Shown piece by piece: positions 62,973 through 64,000 of a stretch of 64,000 nucleotides of DNA. Each line of letters starts with the position of its first letter. The stretch's first letter is position 1. Below the pieces are notes generated by a model, which made no database searches, was not told where the DNA came from, and saw only the letters and a program-made list of their open reading frames with translations. Source of the stretch: Balanoglossus misakiensis (Eukaryota > Animalia > Hemichordata); NCBI GenBank assembly GCA_040954595.2, contig CM082587.2:5877605-5941604 (forward strand), read 5' to 3'. The translations under genes were made by a program, and so were the position numbers.

Positions 62973-64000
62973 TAACCCATGGTTTTTGTGAAAAAATGAC
63001 CATTTTTGATTTGCGGGAAAGTCGAAAATTTGTCATTTCTGGGTGATTTTCATGGGCTATAACCCATGGTTTTTGTGAAAAATGACCATTTTTTGATTTG
63101 CGGGAAAGTCGAAAATTTGTCATTTCTGGGTGATTTTCATGGGCTATAACCCATGGTTTTTGTGAAAAAATGACCATTTTTTGATTTGCGGGAAAGTCGA
63201 AAATTTGTCATTTCTGGGTGATTTTCATGGGCTATAACCCATGGTTTTGTGAAAAATGACATTTTTTGATTTGCGGGAAAGTCCAAAATTTGTCATTTCT
63301 GGGTGATTTTCATGGGCTATAACCCATGTTTTTGTGAAAAATGACCATTTTTTGATTTGCGGGAAAGTCCAAAATTTTCATTTCTGGGTGATTTTCATGG
63401 GCTATAACCCATGGTTTTTGTGAAAAAATGACCATTTTTGATTTGCGGGAAAGTCCAAAATTTGTCACTTCTGGGTGATTTTCATGGGCTATAACCCATG
63501 GTTTTTGTGAAAAAATGACCATTTTTTGATTTGCGGGAAAGTCCAAAATTTGTCACTTCTGGGTGATTTTCATGGGCTATAACCCATGGTTTTTGTGAAA
63601 AAATGACCATTTTTTGATTTGCGGGAAAGTCGAAAATTTGTCACTTCTGGGTTGATTTTCATGGCTATAACCATGGTTTTTTTGAAAAAATGACCATTTT
63701 TTGATTTGCGGGAAAGTCGAAAATTTGTCATTTCTGGGTGATTTTCATGGGCTATAACCCATGGTTTTGTGAAAAAATGACCATTTTTGATTTGCGGGAA
63801 AGTCGAAAATTTGTCATTTCTGGATGATTTTCATGGGCTATAACCCATGGTTTTTGTGAAAAAATGACCATTTTTTGATTTGCGGGGAAAGTCGAAATTT
63901 GTCATTTCTGGGTGATTTTCATGGGCTATAACCCATGGTTTTTGTGAAAAAATGACCCATTTTTGATTGCGGAAAGTCGAAAAATTTGTCATTTCTGGGT
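62973..64000 (-). repeat. 88-bp satellite, inverted block (~12 monomers, runs off the window)
   Basis: Reverse complement of the same monomer (tttttgatttgcgggaaagtcgaaaatttgtcatttctgggtgattttcatgggctataacccatgg). Confidence 0.98.

Noticed and set aside
52807-64000. CRISPR-like array, or repetitive protein (MVIFSQKPWVIAHENHPEMTNF... ORFs)
   Set aside because: No unique spacers, eukaryotic context and no cas genes. The 88-bp period is not a multiple of 3, and the ORFs arise only where homopolymer indels (likely partly sequencing error) bypass stops.

Overview
Eukaryotic (metazoan, probably invertebrate deuterostome; host not provable from sequence alone) genomic DNA, not prokaryotic. 120-7835 (+): a compact 17-exon EXD3/mut-7 gene (DEDDy 3'-5' exonuclease plus Mut7-C domain) that I could splice by hand into one continuous frame (1081 aa from ATG 680, or 1117 aa from ATG 120). 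43229-43549 (+): an intronless NRARP (Notch-regulated ankyrin repeat protein). The EXD3->NRARP tandem arrangement matches human 9q34.3. Between and around the genes is ~45 kb with no recognisable coding sequence, enriched in Su(H)/CSL sites (at least 21 YGTGRGAA by eye, plus two paired-site-like elements), which looks like the NRARP regulatory landscape. It also carries several small DNA-transposon derivatives (a young 554-bp foldback element with TAG ends and a 9-bp TSD, a three-copy TTAA/Kolobok-like MITE, a 25-bp P-like remnant), hairpins and mini/microsatellites; three copies of a ~90-bp piggyBac-like MITE lie in EXD3 introns. From ~52.8 kb to the end is an 88-bp satellite array that flips orientation at 62965-62980, exactly at a quasi-palindrome of the monomer. 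All coordinates were counted by hand and no database search was run.
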